From assembly GCF_009914755.1 (NCBI RefSeq), contig NC_060942.1: a DNA stretch of 64,000 nt. One strand, written 5' to 3'. The notes under the pieces were generated by a model that searched no databases, was not told the DNA's origin, and saw nothing but the letters and a program-made list of their open reading frames with translations. The stretch is from the human T2T-CHM13v2.0 reference genome, Homo sapiens. A program made the translations under genes and the position numbers. This document shows positions 1 to 15,189 of the stretch, in pieces (position 1 is the first letter of the stretch; each line of letters begins with the position of its first letter).

Positions 1-2135
1 ATTTGCATGACATAAACATACAGTTGAGAAGGAGAGAACGTATGCCCTATGGTAAATATTGACATTTTAAAATACAACTTGTACAAACATCTTTTAAAGG
101 TATCCATTGTAAAGACCCAAGTACCAAAGGGATTCGATACCCTCCATTGTCCATTTAAAAATATATGAACAAACTTTTATTTAATTGAGAGAAACTTTAC
201 CTCTTTAATTTTTCTCCTTAAACTGGTACTCCCATTTTCTTTCCCTATAGAATCATATCCTATTATAACACATTTGTGCTTGAAAGTCTGTGATTACTTA
301 TCAGGCTTCTCTGTAACAAAAATATGTAAAAAGTTGAAATTTTAATTCTATATTTAATTTTATAGGAGTATAAACCTTTAAGTGTTAGATTTTTATGTAG
401 TTGAATTATCACTAGTATGTAATCGAATCATTGTTAAAATTTATTGGAAGAATTGTTTCAGAAATCAACTGGGCTTTCGATGAAATAGTTCATTTATCTG
501 TGGGTAGATATTACTTACTGGTTGAGTTAAACTGGGTTAAACATCAATTCTATTTCCATTTTTCATTTTTATAAATAGGTACTGAGAATCTTTGTTCATA
601 TAAATAGATGGATAGGATTAGCCACTTCTTTGAATTTCTTTTTCAAGTTTCATGCCAAGATTCACATCATTATCTAGTATCAGTAATTATTTTTAATGAC
701 CTGTTAGCTGACAGTTTGATTAAGCTCATTCTCAAAATTGTTGAAAGCAAAAATTGGGAAACCAAGTAGTCTCAAAAGGATTTGTTGCCCAGTTATGCAC
801 CCTCTCATTTGCTGGGAAGTAGACCAAGAGGCTTTGCAAAGATTTCCTCAATGACTGTTAATTTCACCTGTTGTTTTTTAACTTAAAAGCATCTTGTTTA
901 ACCCAGAAATATGAAGAAGTCATTGGGAAAACAAAAATAATATTAGTTTCAATATACTTTAGCCAATACATGTTTTAAATATATTTATATAAATAAATAC
1001 ACACCCAAACCCACATATGTATAGTTAAACCTTAGAGGTGAAGATTTAGGCTAATCAATAAGTGAACAATATATGATTCCATCGCAAAGCAGTTCTCATC
1101 AAGCTGTCGGTAAAATCAGACGTGCTTTCTATCAGATAAAGTCTAACATAGTTTTTAATTTCAAGTAAGTTTTAATTTGCATTTTGAGGAAAAAATTTTT
1201 AAATGGTAAAAAGAAATGATATGACAGATTACTAAAAGCAGTTTAGTCAATTTTGAAGCACTGTAGATTTAATAGAATTAATCATATTTTGTAATAAGTT
1301 ATAAAACCATAATGAATCTACTTTGTTTCTTATTAGTCTATAGGAATGCCATATAATGGACACCTAAAATTATGAGCTATTATAAAGTGAGGATTCTGAT
1401 TAAAAACATGCTATTTTTCTGGTAAATGTGTATGACTGTTTATACTGAACTCCGGCATTTGACTTCTGAGAATAATTAAACAGTAATTATATATATACTT
1501 TCAGAAATAACTACATTAATTTCCAAAGACTTCAGGGTCCAACTTTGTATTTAATTCTTACATATTTAATCAAATGGAGGTATGTGCTACTAAAAATAAA
1601 TTGTTATAGCAGCTAGCATATTTTTGTTAAGAGGTAGAAAATACTAACTTATGAGGATTGACTATCATTGGAAAAATCACTACATAAATATTTGATAAAA
1701 TAGATTTTAATGATCTTACTTTATAATGCACACCGAATCTAACTAAATCTCATTTTTGTGAGTTTTTATTGTATAATTAGAAAAATTTGGAAAGCATTGC
1801 AATTATACTTAAAAGAATCAGTGTCAGGAATCTTCACACTTTTGGTTGTTTGAAGATTCTTTTCTTGACAGCTAATGTGATGTTTGAGTGTGATCATAAA
1901 TGCTCACAAAAACAAATTGTTAATGATTATATTTGGAAACACCAGAAGTAATTTTTTGTGTTTAATATTTACCAGTGTCATCTTTGCCTTAATGTCACCA
2001 GTTCTTCTGCTCTGAAATGTATCCTTTAACCGTGGTCACTTGAAGGAAGATGTGTGGTTGTTAAATTGTATATCTAATTTTATAACACCTCACAGGGAGG
2101 AAAACCCTCAATCTCTAGTACATTGCTTTACTTTT

Positions 2136-2402
2136 GCTCTGTTGCCTAGGCTGGAGTGCAATGGTGGGATCAGGACTCACTGCAACCTCAACCTACTGGG
2201 CTCCAGTGATCCTCCTGCCTCAGCCTCTTGAGTAGGTGGGACCACAGGTGCATACCACCATGCTTGGCTGATTTTTAAATTTTGGAGAGATGGTATTTCA
2301 CTGTGTTCTCCAGGCTGGTCTTGAGCTCCTGGACTCCAGTGATCTTCCAGACTCAGCCTCCCAAAGTATGGGGATTACAGGTGTGAGCTGCTCCATCCAT
2401 CC
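2136..2402 (-). mobile_element. AluJ-type SINE, lacking poly(A) tail
   Basis: Antisense Alu sequence gctctgttgcctaggctggagtgca...ccaaagtatggggattacaggtgtgagc; flanking near-direct repeats cattgctttactttt (2121-2135) and cattgttttactctt (2403-2417). Confidence 0.92.
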
Positions 2403-3769
2403 CATTGTTTTACTCTTAAATGAAATATGGATTTGACAGTGAAAGACAAGAAGCCCTCCAGCGAATGTCTGTTGTTTGAAAGCTTCCTTGAAAGCAGCAG
2501 GTCATGTGGTTCCTTTGGTGGCTGCATGGGAGTGTTTACAGGTGAGGGGTATGGCTTTCTTTTGGCAGCTATGAGGTCTGTTGAGAAACAGCAAATGGGA
2601 AAGGAGAATCTACCTGATCCTAGCACAGAAACGGGTGCCCTTTGGCCTGTCGGTGTTCTGTACCCCTGAGTTTCCATAGCCACGGAGTGTGGCTCTGCTG
2701 GGACTCTCATACTCATGGTAGGAATGCTGGAGCTGGGCCCTATGGCCCAACTTTAATCTTTCTAGATAGAGACCTGAACACTTGAAAGTGTGACATCCTC
2801 CCCTGCAACTCCCCCCCACCACCCTGGCCAAGAGGCAGAAATCAAGCTGGTGAATTCTGGTTTACAATATAGTAACTCAATTCTGGTCTTAGTCTGTGAC
2901 TTTGGCAAATACTGTATGTCTCTCTGCTCCTGAAATCAAAACAAGTAATTCTGACATAATATAATGTAGATATTAAGACTTTATTAGTCATTAATAATTA
3001 AATGAACACTAAACAAAGGCATATACTCCTCATTTAACCTGAAAGAATCTTGCAAAACCATTAGTTTCCCATGCTGTAAGTAAATGTTTTGGACAGTGGG
3101 TAGTTTCCAGCTGAATTCGCACCTTATTCCAGGAAGCAGAACTTTGAGAGAACAAGAAGCAGATAGAGCTGTAGAGATGCTTAACACGTGCTGCATGTCA
3201 TCAAGCCACTTATTATGTGACATTCACCTTTACACTTGGGTGGTCTTTCCAACTTGTCTCTAATGGGAAGCAGGTGGGTGTTGTTATCTTATTACATGGA
3301 TCTGGAAACAATGGTTAAATTGTTGGTTCAGGCCCTAGCAGAAGCGAGAGCATGGGTTTCCCCTGAGTGAGTTCTACAGAGTGGTGGCAAAGCTTTTGTA
3401 ACGCACTACCGAAGAAAATGACGAAGCACAGGGAATGGATGCTTATCCCTTTTGCTAATATTAAGTCAAGTTTCTCCTTAATTTTTCTTCAGGAAATATA
3501 ACACTGGCATCTTAATCTTTGTATATAAGGATATTTATAATAAGCTTTGAACGGGACTGAAGAAGATAGTAAGGTGTGGGGGATTATCTGAGGTCAATTC
3601 ATTGATCAGTGGCTGTTCCCAGGGTGATGGGTCATCCAAAACAGAGGTCTCCAGAGTGTGCACACCTGGAGGGTGGAAAGATGGTCACTTGGATACCTAA
3701 AGAAAATAGTGGAACTTTTTCCAAATATGATAAATGTCTCCTGAGGAAATAAGAGTGGATATATACAAA

Positions 3770-4190
3770 GAATCCCTGAAGGCGTATTCATTAAGGCATT
3801 ATTTGGAGAAGTAAAAAAATTGGGAACAACCTAAATATCCGACAATAGAGAGTGGATTAAATCCTGGTATATTCATGTAATAGAATGCCATATAGCCACT
3901 AAGAATGATGACAAGAATATTTAAGGGTGTGAGATAATCACAAGATAGTGATGTGGGACAAAAACTAGTGACAAAATCATTTGTGTAGGATTATGCTGGT
4001 ACTACTTAATTATTTAACATGTTTATTGAAAAATCTTTGGAAATGTATGGAATACAAGCTAAAATATTAACCACAGTTAATTATAGATAGTGGATTTATT
4101 GGTATTTTACTTTCAGTTTTTCTGGATCTACCAGGCTTTCTTGAACATGTTTATGTATCCATCTTATGATGAGAGAAAGTTACTTAAAAT
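3770..4190 (+). mobile_element. Old L1M (L1ME/L1MC-like) 3' fragment
   Basis: tgggaacaacctaaatatccgacaatagagagtggattaaatcctggtatattcatgtaatagaatgccatatagcc resembles the end of L1 ORF2/3'UTR; boundaries approximate. Confidence 0.7.
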
Positions 4191-7119
4191 AGCTATTATG
4201 TGAATTTTGAATCCATGAGTGTTTAACTCAGTAAAGAAGGAACTGTGATGATTTTGTGAGTATGTATGAACTGGCTGGCAAAGAGTGACTCTCATTTCCT
4301 GCTTCTAGAAACCAAAAAGTGAAAGAGGAAGATTTCCAGATGACAAAACTTATCTCCATTTTTCTTTGCTTTCTATGTGTAAAACACAAAACATACAAAA
4401 TGTAGGTGTGAAAATGCATCCCCGTGTGTTTTTTAAAACAGATTGTATCCTTAGCTAGTTGTCTTCTAATCCTCATTTGGCTGTCTTTTCCTCTGGAATT
4501 GTTTCTTTGCTGAAGTGTTAATGGATTGGTTAATTTGTGAGCAACACTCCTAATTGTATTAAATCTCTACAACCTTATTAAGCATTTGTGCAGGATTAGA
4601 TCAGAGAGCTTGGAGAAGCAGCTTGCCAGTGGTCAGAGGGAGGGAGTGGGGAGAGCCAGGCTAACAAGTGAGTCTGGGCCACTAATTGATATCCCTAAGT
4701 CCCCTACTCCCCAAAATAAAACAACAGACTGGAAACCCCACCACTACAAGTTCAGAAGTATTCTAAAGCACATACAACAGCTTCTGTGCTGTATGTTTAA
4801 ATGCCATTAAAGAGAGAGAATATGCAAGCCAACTTATTCTTTTTACTTTTATTTGAGGGAAAATAAATGATAATTAACATAAAGAATTAACGAAAATCTC
4901 CAGAGTGCTAGGTTTTTAATTCTAGTTGCTTGTGTTTATATTTAGACACCAGGCTACAGGTATTCTGTGCTTAAAGAGAGGGAAACAATTTCAGGAAATA
5001 TAATTGAACCGTGTTTATTTTGAAAACGAAAGATAATAAATAGTCTGAAATATACTGACTTTTATGAACCGTGATTGACAGCTGCCTTCTGCATGTAAGG
5101 GAGGTGAATTCAGCACCTGAAGATGCTGGCTGTGCAATTGAGAAGTGGGGAAGGGGAGAATGCATGATGAGAGATTAATACCAACCTCAGGGGGCTCTCC
5201 CTATGTGTCCCGTTGCTTATTCCTGCCTGCTGATAATTCTGTTCCCAGAAAACTTTGAAGTTTATTTCCCAGCATTATCACAACAGTAATGGAACTCCCA
5301 GTAAAAATTTTAGTGACCCGTTGTTTGATTTAAATTATTTATTGCATTACATATTTTAGCATTTTTGAAGTAAGAGATACTGTAGTTCTGTTAAGGATGA
5401 AAACCAAGTCAAACCCATAAGCAGTCAGACTTGTTTTAAATTGGATGGTACCAGAGGTTTTTAAGAGCCACCTGAAAAAATAGAAAAATAAAGACACGAA
5501 ATGGTTTTTGAGGTTTTACATAATCCATGTTTCTACAGGCGACATGGGAGCTAGGAGAGTAAAAATAGGGCAAATAGAACAAAATGTAAAGAGAAGAGTA
5601 GGCAATTTTGCCTTTTCAGTGCTTTGGGAGCTGTAACTCATCATATATTCCACTCAACAGGTCAGGAGAGCCATGGGGATGCCCCAAGGGTGTCATCAAA
5701 TGCTTTCTTGCCCTCTGCCACTCTCTCAGGACTTGCCTGGTCCTAAGCAGAGCTGTCAGGCCTCTGCCCACCTGCAGGGGGAAAATCACTCCTGTCTCCT
5801 GACGCTACCCCCAGTTATGTGGTACAGAGCTGCCTGGTGCTATCTCAGAAACATAAGAGGAAGAGGCTCCTCAGTTAACTCTTCCCTTGCCCAGGGGCTA
5901 TTATGAGGTCCATGTAATCTTTATAGTCAGCAGGGTCCTAGAATTGGGAGGGTAAAAATTGGAGTGTGTGCTATAAAAAAGGGGTGATGTTGATAGAGAA
6001 AGTTGTCAAGAAAGAGCAACATTCCCAGGGTTTGATTGATAAATACAAAGGCAGGTGTGTGTGTGCACATTCAAGTGTGTGAGCTGGGGAAGTGTTGCTG
6101 AACCGAGACAGAACATAGCCCTTTGCCTTGGAGGCCTTCCACAGCGGGCTGAAGGGAGACTCGGAGGTTCTGTCCATATCTGTGAGAGGTGAAAAGGAAA
6201 ATGGCTTCTATTACAACCTGGATTAGAAAAATTCCTAGACATAGTGGCAGGTTTCTTCTGTTCCTTTCAGATTTTCTGAGTCCTTGTAACAATTGAAACA
6301 CATTTCAGTCAGTTAAATATATAGGATATTTTCTACAATAAAATCAGTGGCAAGGAAAGTGTGCAAACTGCTTAGTTAATAATTGCTGGTGTGGAGCATC
6401 TCTTACTTTGCTTTTTCCCCCTTAATTGGTTGAGTATTAATAAACTCATGGTTTGTTTCAAGGGCACAGCTAGTTTTTAATGGTCTTACCGAAATTTCAG
6501 GAAGAAAGCTAAAGAATTAACATAATAAATAATTATTGCTTCCAGGGTTTTTTGTCGTTAAGATAATAAAATGTTAAAAAGCAAGCCACTTGAGCGGAAA
6601 GTAATTGCCCTGATAAGCACCACACAGGCAGCATTCACAATAAAGCAGCCCTTCCCTCAATGTCAGCCAGATTTGCATCCCACATAAATGCTTCCTCACA
6701 TTATGGAAATGTACTTTTTCTATCAACAGAGTAGAATGAAACTCCAGGCTTCTAATTAATCTTGGCTGACATTTGATTTCATACCCAAGTTAAAGGCAAG
6801 AAGCGGTGGAGCTTCCCCCATGTACATGACCACAGGCAAATCTCTCCATTAATGTCAAATTGCATCTGTGCATCTTATTGTCACTGCCACATGTCAGTCA
6901 TTAATGCATTAGCAATCACTTACGTCCACTTTCTACCTGCTGGTTCCCTGCTTGAGGAAATGGGCATTGCAGGAATTTTACTTTGCAAGCCTTTAACCTT
7001 GAACCTCTGGATTAATGACATAAAGAGCTTACTCAGATATAATGCTTTACAGATTTCAGCTTGCCTTTGCCTACCCTGCACATTGTAAATCTCAACAGCT
7101 TGGTGAAGAAGACCAGACA

Positions 7120-7240
7120 CCCACAGTTTACAAATGTGGAGACCAAGACTTAGAAAACCTACATGGCTTATCTGAGGTTTCATGGAAGGTAAATGGTAGA
7201 GCTGGGATTTGAACCCAGAACTTCTTAGGTCCGATGTAAT
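7120..7240 (-). mobile_element. MIR fragment
   Basis: tttacaaatgtggagaccaagacttaga...aaatggtagagctgggatttgaacccag matches the antisense MIR core and B-box. Confidence 0.7.
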
Positions 7241-7466
7241 ATTATTTTCTCTAAATGGATTAGAGAGCTCCTTGAGGGGTAGAATTAAGTAGCTTTGTCA
7301 CTCTATACGACCCTCTCCGTTCTTTCCCAGTCAAGTTTCTGTTGATGTTAAGGAAGCAGTACACATTTTTTATTGGAAAAAGTAACAAATTCAAATTTAT
7401 AGACAAAATAGTAAAGTCAGTTCCATTTAAATTATTTGAAGTGGGTCATAAAAAGAAAAGAAAATT

Positions 7467-7839
<373 letters not shown>

Positions 7840-9295
7840 TTAAGCTCGCCTGCTGTCCTGCAGAAGGAAATGCAGAAAGCCTTTGTCTCAGAGAGAAACC
7901 ATTTTCCTTGTTGCTACTCTGAGGTTTCCACCCAGGGTTTTATGTCAGAAAGTTGGACAACAGAATGGGTGATGCTCTTCTCATTAACAATTTTCTTGTC
8001 AATATGGCAGAATAATGTGTGCTTTTTAAAAATCTGGTCTCCAAATTAAAGGAATAACTTGAAAACAATTGAGTGAAGGTAGTTCTATGGGAGGCAAAGA
8101 TGATGTATAACTGATTTGATTTAGAAACAAATCAGCCTACCTCACAAGGTAAAAAATAGCTTCTTTTAAATGATCATCCTCAAAGCCCACTTCTCGGGAC
8201 TGAGTTTTGACAGTGGGGACAACAGTAGTACTCTTGAAGTGTCTTGGAGTTCTGGGGTCTTTCTGGCTAAGGGTGTTGTAGAATCACCTTGGCAGCCAAT
8301 GTGCCACTCGTTGAATAGCTCCTTCAGTGACTTGCTAGGCCTGATGTTGACAGAAGACAAGCCATTCTCTTAAGGCCCAGAAAGGTCTTGGTTGTGATCC
8401 TAGAGCTGCTGCTGTTGATGAAGGCAGGGATGGCTTTTGCTGGACTATTTTAATTTCCATTTACCTTGAAGCCAGCATGAGAAGCATGCCTGGAGTATTT
8501 TGGAACAGGTATTGTGTGGGGAGCCATTATGACTATAGGAGAACTTTAGGAAGGTGCCCATGAAGTATCAGAATCTAAGCAACATTGATGCTTTCCTGAT
8601 GTGCCTCTGAGGAGGAATTGGCTGCAAAATGCGCCTCTAGGTAATGAGGCAGATTGACCTGAGGATGGAATGGCTTTTTTATTAGCTATGTAAGTGTTGG
8701 GGAATGTCTGTCAAACAGTGATTTTGTTCTGGCATAGTTAATGTTGAGCCTTTTAGGGGGACAATAATGAGATGAAGGTTGTTTGGTAACATTGCTCTAT
8801 GATAATGTCATCCTAGGAGACTTAGCATTGTAAGGGAGGCCCAGCATGTCAAATGCATTTTAGTCTACAGTGAAGTCTCAGGTGGCTACATTAAAAGCAG
8901 AAAGTCGTGGCACAGACTTCAATAGTAATGTTACTCTATCTGCATTTTAACATGTTTACTATCAGCAATAGATGATGATCTTCATAGTGATATTATTAAG
9001 ACTATTTCTTGTGTAATTTTTGCATCTTTGCTGTTCATCTGAGAATATTTGAATTTGTGCACAGCTGAAGCCATTTGAGGCTTGCCTGTCTGATTATTTA
9101 CGTAGAACAAATCACCCTAGATATATTAGTGGATCTCTGCCAAACTGCCTTCCAGAAACATTGTACCCATTTATATCCACACCTCTGAAAGATGCACCTG
9201 AATCATTTGAATCTTTTCCCACTTGTTTGACAAAAGATGGTTTTCTTGGAAAAAGATCGAAAAAGTATTGGTAAGGTGTTTTAGGCATTTGTGTA

Positions 9296-10402
<1,107 letters not shown>

Positions 10403-12849
10403 CTTCGTTTATCTTTTAATTCATAGCGTTTTTGTACCATAGAGAAACTTAACTGTGTGCACATGTGTGGTAAAGGGGGAATGATTGACTACTTTTATGA
10501 GCAGCAGTAGAAGCCTTGGTTCATGGAAGACCTCCAGAGGCCTTGAGGTGTGAAGTGGGGCTGGTGAGAGAATGCTGTTCTCTCTGTGTTCTCTTCTGGT
10601 CCCTTTGCTGGGTCTCAGACTTGGATGCTAATCGTTTCTTTACCTTTCGGATCAATATTGTCATGGGAGGTAATTTTCCCCCAAGTGGACAGATTCTTGA
10701 CTTACTAGAGTCAGTTTTGTTACTCTCTTTGGCATGGGAATTTAATTATGTATTTTAGTGGGAAGGTGTGAGCAGGATGAAATTAGACACAGATAGGTAG
10801 TCACTGCCACAACCTGAGGTCAGCTGCAGTTTTCTTAAAAAGTCACTTTTTGCTAATAAAGTTTCCGTCCCTGCTTCTCCATTCATGTATTGCACTCATC
10901 TACACTAAGCTGGGTAGGCAGGAATCATGAAGTGGATTATGGAATGTCCAGTGGGTCTGGATACATAGCTCGCATATCCATTAATAGCCTGCATTACAGA
11001 TTTTATGTAAAGTGTTAGTTTTAATTACGTAAGCATTAGATTTCCTGTAAAGATTTCAGAAACCACACTATTTGAAAGAGAGTACAAATTTGCAAAGAGA
11101 ATACACATGTAGTGGATAGGTGAAAAGCTTACTCCCTAAAACTATCCAGATATGGACAATTCAGGGTCATCTGTCAGGCCATTTATAAATAACTCATATT
11201 AGCATTAATCAATAGTGCAGCGTTCCAGGCCTGAAACAATGCATTTAAAAAATGGGATATTTTGCCTTTAAAAAAAATTGTTAATATAGACAGTCCTCTT
11301 GAAATTAGTGGGGTTTAGGTATAAATTTAGATCATATTTGTGAATGAAACCAAGGCCAATTTAAAAAGCTATGTATTTAAAACTACAACAAAGTAAAATT
11401 CTTTTTATCTTAATCCAAATATATATTGGTCAGTATTTCTTATTCCAGAGCTCAGAATTACCCAGGAAATCTTTGGTTTCCTAAAACTCAAAATGTTTAT
11501 TGCCAATAGCTAAGTAATATCTTCTCGTAAACAGTGTGGCTCAAAATTATGATCCTATGTTTATGAAACTGAAATCTGACTTAAGTGCTTGTGATTGTGT
11601 TTCTAGTTATACAAACTTTCATAGGAATGAAAGCAAAGCATAATTCTGAGGTTAAGACAAACATGTTTGGTATTCATTAAACTCTACTGAGCACGTCTAC
11701 GTGTGTTTATTGATCATCTACTGCAGGCTTAGTTCTATGCTCAGTTCTTTGGGATGCAGGGACAGAAATTAGGTACTCAGAAATTTCTAGAACCAAGTAA
11801 CATTATTTTTAAAATAGTGCAAGTCTGGGTATCCTTTTATAACAGGGTTTCTAACCATAGTTCAGCTTTGCTGTATTAATAGTATTGTTGATGTCAGCAC
11901 TTTCTTGGAAGACATGTTTTTTGCTTATTCAACTTTTGCCTCATGTTAGATTTTTTTTTCTGCTAAACATTGCTGTTATCTTAGTGTTTGTTTTTTGTTG
12001 ACTGGCTGTTTGGCCTGAGAATTTAGTTCTGAATTCCTTTTTTTTTTTTTTTTTTAAGGCAACAGAATAAACAAGCAACTGTGTGTCCCTTGGCGCGGTA
12101 GCCAATTTAAGGTGATTCATACCCAGTTACTTAATAGTAAAGTCTCATTCCTAAAGGATATAAACTCTATTTCTTGCAAGGATGCTTAAAGAGCTGAGCA
12201 AATCTTAAAGCATTATTATCACATTTTAGACTAAATAAAGATATTTTCGTTCATTCTAATTTTCGTCATTCCCAAACACACTGTGGCCTTCTGTGGCATG
12301 AGTAGTTTAATCAAGTGTTTAGAATTTCTTGGCCTCAACCAGATTAGAGGAATTTAACTCAGCTGTTGTTGAGAAGAAGTAATTCTTCAGTCACTACTGA
12401 GGTTTTGTAAGTGTTATTGTTAAAAAAAAGAAAAGGAACTTTGAAGTCTTTATTAGAAAATAAGGTGAACTCATTGTGTTTTATGTATGTTCTGAGATAG
12501 AGTTAAAATATTTCAAAATTACTACGGGGCAATTTTCAAGCTTAAAATAAAAAATGGCTCACTACCCCTGGACAGGTTGAATTTGTAATTCATAGCTGAA
12601 CCGCTAAAGTTAGCATGCAGATTACACTATGAGAGTTCATGCAGGTCTAAATAGTCTCAAATAATTCTTTAATTTGTCTCTACAAGTGTAAGTTTACTAA
12701 AAGTACTATATGGAAATTCCACTATCCCAGCTTTTGCTGGGTCCCTTGCTATAACCCCTGACTCAGTTCCTTGCTTTCAGTGAGAGCTCCCAACAGCTCT
12801 CATCATTTCTTTCTGTGGCTTAAGTCTGTGCATGCTCCCAGTTGCCACA

Positions 12850-12990
12850 GCAGAGTTTCTGCAACCTGGGGTTCACAGGATCATCTGGGGGTGCTTATTC
12901 AAATGTAGCACCCTGCTACATTTTTCATTCCAGAGGCTAACACAGGGCCCAGGAGAATCTGCCATTTAAAAAAGCCACCCATGTGATAGA
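12850..12990. mobile_element. MER5-like hAT-Charlie fragment
   Basis: ggatcatctgggggtgcttattcaaatg...gggcccaggagaatctgccatttaaaaaagccacccatgtgat resembles MER5A. Confidence 0.55.
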
Positions 12991-13321
12991 AAGCCCTCTT
13001 GAGGGAAAGCAAAGGCCTGTTTGTGATGAGAGCTGTTCTTGGCCTCCCTTCTTGTGGCACCCTCCCGAGCTGGGGACTGTGCACTGTGCATTTGCTACTC
13101 TTGAAGCACACTTGACCTTCACCTTTCACCCTAGTTCTTTTGCTTAGGTGCTGGGTGGGATCCATCCACCTTGCTCCTGGGATCTTCTACATGCCTTTTA
13201 CCGTCTATCTGCATGTCACTGCCATTGCACCCTTCTCCTGTAATGCACCCTGCTTTGGTGTAAAGTCAGTTGCTCTCTTAGCTGTTCTCATAATGCTTGA
13301 CCCTGCTTTCTTTTCACACTT

Positions 13322-13560
13322 ACTGCAGAGGTTAGGAGCAGGACTCTGGGGCCCACCAATCTGGATTTGAAACCTAGCTCCTCCTGGTCTAGCTGTTTGC
13401 TGAAGGGTAAGTTATTTTATCTTTCTGAGCCTGAGATGCCTCATGTGTAGAGCGGGGAGAATAGTGACTACCTCACAGTCTGTTGCGAGGACCAAATGAG
13501 GTAATAAACATCCGGGGCTGAGAACAGTGACTGTCAAGTAGTTAGCATGCCTCGAAGGCC
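13322..13560 (+). mobile_element. MIR, near full length
   Basis: gaggttaggagcaggactctgg...ctggatttgaaacctagctc...ctttctgagcctgagatgcctcatgtgta...ctacctcacagtctgttgcgaggaccaaatgag. Confidence 0.8.
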
Positions 13561-14601
13561 AGCCATTGCCATCATTGTGATTTCTAACATCGGCTTTTTC
13601 ATGATCATCCTACAGAGCTCTGCGCAGCCAGAAATCTGGAGGCAGCAATCTTGTCTCCCCTTTCAAATCCAGCACATAACACACCACTTGCTCCCCACAC
13701 CAACCCACAAGTGTTGACTGAATTGCACTGACTTTACTTGCAAATGCATTTCCTGACTTCAGTGTCACCAGACCTCATCAGTCTGTGGCTATCAAATACA
13801 TTCTGTTGACTTCAGTAACTCAAAAGTCCATGTCCTTGTGATCACCACCTTGTGCGTTGTCTCTACCCGCTCCCCTCCCTGAAGGACTTGGTTCCCTTGC
13901 TCATTCAGCAGTCTCTCCACTCCAGGCCCTGCCCTTCCCCTGCTTCCTCACTAGCTGCAGGAGGGAGTAACCTGCTGGTGCTGGCTGTGCCACTGTGTGC
14001 TCTTGCTGCCTGCACCGGTAAGCTTGCTTGATGCACACCAGGCTGTGGCCCAAGAGGTGCCTAGAGGAAGACGCTGCGCCCCTCAGTTCCCCTCTGCTGC
14101 ACTTGTGTCTACCTGGGCCTCTAGGTGCTGTCAGGGTTTCAGAGGAAACTGCTCCTGCATCTGCAGGGAGCTCTGCTGGACTGAGAACAGGCTCACCTCC
14201 TGAGAAACACAGAACCTGAATTCATGCTTGGAGAAGACAACAATTCTCCAAAGGCTGACCTCCCCTGTGTGACCGAGCCCCGGAGCCCCTCTGTTGGTTC
14301 AAGATCCTGCATTGGGGCTGCAGAAGCGGCTGGCCCAGTGGCGTGGCTTTCCTAGGACAGAAGGATTGCTCCACCCTACAGGGGAACAAATGTCCACCTT
14401 TTAGGAGACAGAAAACTGGCTGTTGTATCCAAATTACCGTTTTTCTAGCCCGCGGTTTCTGAACAGTTTCGTGGATCTTAAGTCTGAGTTTCAGTTAGGC
14501 TTTCCTCCCCACTGGCATATCTGCAGGAAGGACAGTCCTAGCTCTGGATATTTCTCTGCCCCCTTTTATTTCTTGCTGTATGAGTCACTACTCTCCCCCG
14601 G

Positions 14602-15052
14602 TGCATTAGTTTCCTGGGGCTGCTGTAACAAATGACCACAAACTTGCCAGCTTACAACCACAGAAATTTCTTCTCTCACAGTTCTGGAGGCCAGGTCTGG
14701 AGTCAAGGTGTGAGCAGCTACGCTCCTTCCTAAGGCTCTGGAGACACCCCGTTCCGGGCCTCTCTCCTGGCTCCTGGTGGCTGTTGCGAGCCTTGGCTCA
14801 TAGCTGCATCACTCCAATCTCTGCCTCCGTCTTCACATCACCTTCTCCTCTGGGTTTATTCTCTTCTGTGTGTCTCTTTTAAGGATCTTTGTCATTGGAT
14901 TTGGGGTCTACCTGAATAATCCAGGATTATCTCCACATTGTAGGATCATTGATCATATTTTAAAAGACCGCTTTATCAAGTAAGGTAGCATTTTACAAGT
15001 TTCAGGAGTTAAGACTTGATGACTTGGGGTGTTCATTATTCAACCTGCTACA
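14602..15052 (-). mobile_element. MLT1 (MLT1C-like) MaLR solo LTR
   Basis: tgcattagtttcctggggctgctgtaacaaatgaccacaaact...attcaacctgctaca; TG...CA ends; 5-bp TSD CCCGG at 14597-14601 and 15053-15057. Confidence 0.92.
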
Positions 15053-15189
15053 CCCGGGTAACAGTAATCTACATTCTCATACATCAGTTGCATTGTACCC
15101 ATTTCATAAATTAATCTTGTGCCATTTAATTTGGTAATCTGGTTAGTGCTAGGAATTTTTCATATTTAGGGGAGAGAGAATAATAATAA

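Noticed and set aside
2375-2831. Overlapping ORFs on both strands with donor CAG|GTGAGG near 2541
   Set aside because: No recognisable protein and no convincing matching acceptor; a non-coding exon cannot be excluded
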